This document shows, piece after piece, positions 60,347 through 64,000 of a DNA stretch of 64,000 nucleotides. Where the stretch lies: sequence record SRR33789315_95; one strand, written 5' to 3'. The notes under the pieces are model-generated. The model saw nothing but the letters and a program-made list of their open reading frames with translations. It was not told where the DNA came from and made no database searches. The number at the start of each line of letters is the position of its first letter. The first letter of the stretch is position 1. The position numbers and the translations under genes were made by a program.

Positions 60347-61090
60347 TTAATCTTTACAAAAATACTTTGTAACGATATAGGGAGTGATGGGCTTAAGCGC
60401 TTTTCCAGTTTCAGGATGTAGCCCTAGTGTTGTGAAAATTTCAAGCGTTCCTTCAGGATTTTTTCCATACCAAGTTTTCACGTTTCCGTCAGGATTAAAG
60501 AATTGAATAGTACAATTGGGCTCTAATTTTTTAAACTTCAAAATACGGTCTTCTTTGTAAATTTTCAGTTTTCCTGCACTCAAAAGATCCTCGCTAAAAT
60601 CTGCTTCTTCATAATGATCTTTTTCCCAAATCATCCATTGTTGTTCTTCTTTAAATACAAAAACAGAAACGATGATCATTAAGCTTATGCCTAATAGTCC
60701 TATAAGTAAGTTGCCTTTATGCTTAATAAGCCAACTTTTTATAAAAAGAGGCTTAGTCGTTTGCTCCTTTTCAATATTCACAAAAGGGGCAACCTCATCC
60801 TTTTTAAGAGAACGTATAAAATCCTCATACGAGTTAAATTCTAAGTAGTTTAATAATGCGTTAATAACATCTAATTGAGCAATCCTTATGTCTTCTTTCT
60901 CATTTTTTAAAGCCTCATTATAGTAATCTCTTAATCGCTTTTCCCCAAACTTAAAATGCGCATTTTCAGAAATAGCATCAGAAATAGCTGTGGCCATAGC
61001 CGTCTTTGAGGGATTTTTATTCCCTTTTTTTAACTCTTCTCTTTCCGCTTTTTCAAAAGCCTGAAGTATCAATTTTTTATGACTCATCAT
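60347..61090 (-). CDS. Bitopic membrane protein: helical (HTH-like) N-domain, TM, small periplasmic C-domain
   Basis: One TM (LLIGLLGISLMIIVSVFVF); N-terminal helical region ending INALLNYLEFNSYEDF; C-terminal GLHPETGKALKPIT with two Cys. Confidence 0.7.
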   Translation of the reverse strand: MMSHKKLILQAFEKAEREELKKGNKNPSKTAMATAISDAISENAHFKFGEKRLRDYYNEALKNEKEDIRIAQLDVINALLNYLEFNSYEDFIRSLKKDEVAPFVNIEKEQTTKPLFIKSWLIKHKGNLLIGLLGISLMIIVSVFVFKEEQQWMIWEKDHYEEADFSEDLLSAGKLKIYKEDRILKFKKLEPNCTIQFFNPDGNVKTWYGKNPEGTLEIFTTLGLHPETGKALKPITPYIVTKYFCKD

Positions 61091-61158
61091 GGTGAGTTAG
61101 CGTATTCTTTTAGATTTTAAATCTATCAGAAAAATCTCGGAAATACATTAGAATTTGA

Positions 61159-61196
61159 TTTCCAGCATGTTTCCAAAACCTTTCCCACTGCTTTCC
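61159..61196. promoter_or_regulatory. Four TTTCC direct repeats at 11-bp period (putative regulator binding array)
   Basis: TTTCC starts at 61159, 61170, 61181 and 61192. Confidence 0.7.
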
Positions 61197-61295
61197 AATA
61201 CTATTTTACAAATCTCCTTTCATTTGTTTCAGAATTATTCACACCCCATATGCAAATGGGTTTTGCAATGTGTTCAAGTTCTAAAAATGGAGTTG

Positions 61296-61437
61296 TGGTT
61301 GATGTTGATTTGACCATTTGAGAAGTAATCAAAGCTTCATCTGCTACACTCCTACTTCTCAATCGAAGAGAGACGTCTCTTTCCATTAAACAATGCGATA
61401 ATCTGTCGTGAAAAACTGAAAAAAATAATTCGGACAG
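61296..61437 (+). other. Multi-hairpin structured 5' leader (candidate cis-regulatory RNA)
   Basis: Stems TGGTTGA/TTGACCA, TTGAGAAGTA/TACTTCTCAA, palindrome AGAGACGTCTCT, CTGTC/GACAG. Confidence 0.5.
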
Positions 61438-61468
61438 CCACAGGTATGTCCAAATAAAACATACAAAA

Positions 61469-61627
61469 ATGAAAAAAATAACACTTATTCTATTTACGGT
61501 TTTCCTCAATATAGGACTCTATTCTTGTACTCCAGAAGTTATTAAAGAAAATACTATGCCTCAAGCCTGTTGTGGAGAAGATATTCCTTTTCCACCACCT
61601 CCTACAGATAGTATTCCTGATAACTAA
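61469..61627 (+). CDS. Small (52 aa) lipoprotein/peptide absent from the ORF track: MKKITLILFTVFLNIGLYSCTPEVIKENTMPQACCGEDIPFPPPPTDSIPDN
   Basis: Hand translation; A-rich context before ATG; MKK + hydrophobic core + lipobox LYSC; TAA at 61625-61627, 29 nt before the kinase ATG. Confidence 0.85.
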   Translation: MKKITLILFTVFLNIGLYSCTPEVIKENTMPQACCGEDIPFPPPPTDSIPDN

Positions 61628-61656
61628 TATCTTTTGATTAATTGTATTTTAGAGGA

Positions 61657-63327
61657 ATGGAAATCAAAAAGAAATCATTCCTCTTTTTTTTTATAAGAAT
61701 AGTTCTTTTATTCTCTTCCACATATGGTGTTCATGCAAACAAGTTAGTATTCCAAAAAACAGATAGTGGTGCCTATTATTACAAAGTAATTATAGAAGCT
61801 GAAAATCGCAACGATTTCCAAAAGGCAATTTCTTACTACTTAAAACAGTATCAAAAAAATATTGAGGAGAAAAAGACTTCTAAAGCCGCCAACGACTTAG
61901 AAATATTGGCAACTGGTAAATACAATGTCGGAAGTTTTAATGAAAGTGAGCAGTTCCTTATTTCTGCGGCAAAACTTTATGCAAAAGACACTACAAATAA
62001 TGCAAATTTAGCCAGGAAACGAATATATACTCGGTTAGGTATTATTTATCGAAATCTTAAATATTATGATAAAAGCCTAGAGTTATACAAAACCGCTTTG
62101 AAAACTGCTAAAACAAAATCAGACAGCCTATACATTATCAATAACATTTCAAATGTTTTGCGCGAAAAGGGCAGTTATCATCAAGCCATTGATACCTTAA
62201 AATACATAGTACATTCTACAGGTCTCTTAAATAATAACATATTAAAAGCCTTGGCCTTGGACAATCTGGGGTATACTCAACTTGAAATTTCAGATAAGAA
62301 TAGTTTACATAACCTTAATGAATCACTTAAAATAAGAATGCTCATTAAGGATTCGTTGGGTTTATTTTCTAGTTATAGGCATTTATCTATTTACCATAGA
62401 AAGATAGGCGACAAAAAGGTGGCTTCTGATATGGCAAAAAATGCTTTTGTTATAGCTAAAAAACTTAAAGACCCAAATTACGAATTTGAAGCCCTGGGTT
62501 TACTTGCTGAACTGAGCCCTGACAAAAATTTAAAAAGATTCAAATTGCTAAACGACAGCCTAACGCTAGCAGATCACGAGCAAACAAATAAATATGCTAC
62601 ATTAAAATATGATGTAGAAAAAGAAAAAGAACAGACTCAAATAGCCAAATTACAAAGTGAAAAAGAAAAGCAACGAAAAACAGTTTACTTAGCTTTAACA
62701 CTAATTCTCACGCTTATTTTTAGCGCAATAACCGCACTCATCCTTTCTAACCGTAAGAAAAAACAACTTAAAACCATATTTGATACCGAAACTCGTATAT
62801 CTAAAAAATTACATGACGAGTTGGCAAATGATACTTTTCAGGTCATGGCTCAACTTCAAACACTAAAAGAAATTCCCAAAGAAATAATTGATGATCTTGA
62901 TAAAATTTATACTAAAACTCGTGACATATCAAAAGATCATAACCCACTATACAAAGACATTAACTTTTATGAGCAACTTACTACAATGTTGGCCTCTTAT
63001 AAAAGAGCAGATTTTAATGTGATGGTTAGAAATGACCAAAAAATAGAATGGGACTCCCTAAAATATTTAAGAAAGAAAACCATTTATATCGTGCTAAAAG
63101 AGTTAATGACCAACAATAGAAAACATAGTCAATCAAATTTTGCCTTAATAACATTTAGCCAAAAAGGTAAAAAACTAAATATTATTTATAAAGATGACGG
63201 TATAGGTGGAATATTTTCTAAAAGCAATGGGCTTCAAAATGTGGAATCCCGCATAGAAGCCCTAAACGGAACACTTACATTTGATGCTGAACCAAATAAT
63301 GGTTTTAAGGTTATAATCCAGATATAA
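61657..63327 (+). CDS. TPR-repeat sensor histidine kinase (HisKA_3 type)
   Basis: N-terminal signal/TM, TPRs (IYTRLGIIYR, IINNISNVLR, ALDNLGY), TM, H-box RISKKLHDE, ELMTN, DDGIG, GLQN; start ATG 61657 (TTG 61642 alternative). Confidence 0.92.
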   Translation: MEIKKKSFLFFFIRIVLLFSSTYGVHANKLVFQKTDSGAYYYKVIIEAENRNDFQKAISYYLKQYQKNIEEKKTSKAANDLEILATGKYNVGSFNESEQFLISAAKLYAKDTTNNANLARKRIYTRLGIIYRNLKYYDKSLELYKTALKTAKTKSDSLYIINNISNVLREKGSYHQAIDTLKYIVHSTGLLNNNILKALALDNLGYTQLEISDKNSLHNLNESLKIRMLIKDSLGLFSSYRHLSIYHRKIGDKKVASDMAKNAFVIAKKLKDPNYEFEALGLLAELSPDKNLKRFKLLNDSLTLADHEQTNKYATLKYDVEKEKEQTQIAKLQSEKEKQRKTVYLALTLILTLIFSAITALILSNRKKKQLKTIFDTETRISKKLHDELANDTFQVMAQLQTLKEIPKEIIDDLDKIYTKTRDISKDHNPLYKDINFYEQLTTMLASYKRADFNVMVRNDQKIEWDSLKYLRKKTIYIVLKELMTNNRKHSQSNFALITFSQKGKKLNIIYKDDGIGGIFSKSNGLQNVESRIEALNGTLTFDAEPNNGFKVIIQI

Positions 63328-63993
63328 ATGTTTAAAAGGATACTTATTGCAGAAGATTTTGGGAGTATTACTAAAATGCTTCAGGATCTTTTCAACGAAT
63401 TAGGTGCTGATCAGGTTGATTTTACGCAATACTGTGATGATGCCTATTTAAAAATTAAAAGTGCTATTAATAAGAAAGAGCCCTATGATTTGTTAATTGC
63501 AGATCTCTCCTTTAAGCCAGACTACCGTACCCAAAAATATCCCTCTGGTGAAGATTTGATAAAGGCAGTACGGCAAGAAAATCTGGAGATGAAAATAATT
63601 GTTTTTTCTATGGAAGAAAAATTACAACGGGTAAAAAGCCTTATTATAGAGCAACAAGTAAACGCTTACGTTTGTAAAGGTCGCAATGGGGTAAAGGAGC
63701 TTAAAGAAGCTGTTAAATACTGCATCCAAAATAAAACGTACCTGTCTCCACAAGTTTCTCAAGCTTTAAATAAAACTAGAACTCTAGAAATTCAAGATTA
63801 TGATATTGAGCTCATGCGCTATCTGGCAGATGGATATTCTAATAAAGAAATTAGTTTACGTTTTGAAAAACTCAAAATGAGTCCCAGTAGTGTAAGTTCT
63901 ATTGAGAAACGATTAAACAGACTTCGCATTCAGTTTAGTGCAAACAATGCCACTCATCTTGTGGCCATTGTAAAAGATTTAGGATTGATATAA
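63328..63993 (+). CDS. Response regulator, REC + LuxR/NarL-like HTH
   Basis: ILIAED, phosphoacceptor ADL, FS, CKG; GYSNKEIS...SSIEKRLNRLR...HLVAIVKDLGLI; abuts the kinase. Confidence 0.92.
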   Translation: MFKRILIAEDFGSITKMLQDLFNELGADQVDFTQYCDDAYLKIKSAINKKEPYDLLIADLSFKPDYRTQKYPSGEDLIKAVRQENLEMKIIVFSMEEKLQRVKSLIIEQQVNAYVCKGRNGVKELKEAVKYCIQNKTYLSPQVSQALNKTRTLEIQDYDIELMRYLADGYSNKEISLRFEKLKMSPSSVSSIEKRLNRLRIQFSANNATHLVAIVKDLGLI

Positions 63994-64000
63994 TTTAGCA

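Noticed and set aside
61201-61509. 102-aa minus-strand ORF in the track
   Set aside because: Antisense to the lipopeptide gene and its leader; the hydrophobic stretch reflects A-rich plus-strand DNA, and the plus-strand lipobox ORF is far more convincing.
1-64000. tRNA, rRNA, IS, integrase or prophage
   Set aside because: None recognised; intergenic gaps are short and the large ORFs have non-mobile assignments. tRNAscan/Infernal were not run.

Overview
AT-rich chromosomal window from a Bacteroidota bacterium, most likely Flavobacteriaceae (TAnnTTTG -7 promoters, bat operon, acpP-fabF-rnc-IPExxxVDY-pyk order, TSP3-OmpA). Most of it is housekeeping DNA: a leader ORF with beta-carbonic anhydrase and two SulP genes, an Oar-type TonB receptor, the moxR-DUF58-DUF4381-batABCDE operon, SDR/Schlafen(AlbA_2)/metallophosphoesterase, an apparently GC-richer block (SPFH + Zn-ribbon, ALDH7 + nbaC, iaaA, alpha-2-macroglobulin + pbpC), a GbsR/MarR-regulated RND pump, dinB, pyk, rnc, fabF, acpP, purN, RNase H, pfkB, purF, sod, addA-ompA-addB. 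I saw no rRNA, tRNA, CRISPR or mobile element. The best candidate for an undescribed system is at the right end (60347-63993). There, a 52-aa lipopeptide gene missing from the ORF track (61469-61627, ...ACCGEDIPFPPPP...) lies just upstream of a TPR-sensor histidine kinase and a response regulator. It has a multi-hairpin 5' leader and four TTTCC repeats at exact 11-bp spacing, and it is divergent from a membrane-anchored putative DNA-binding protein. This looks like a peptide-signalling module. Other candidates are an sRNA between purF and sod and a PPP-ending leader peptide ahead of the carbonic anhydrase/SulP genes. All family calls come from motif recognition by eye; no searches were run.
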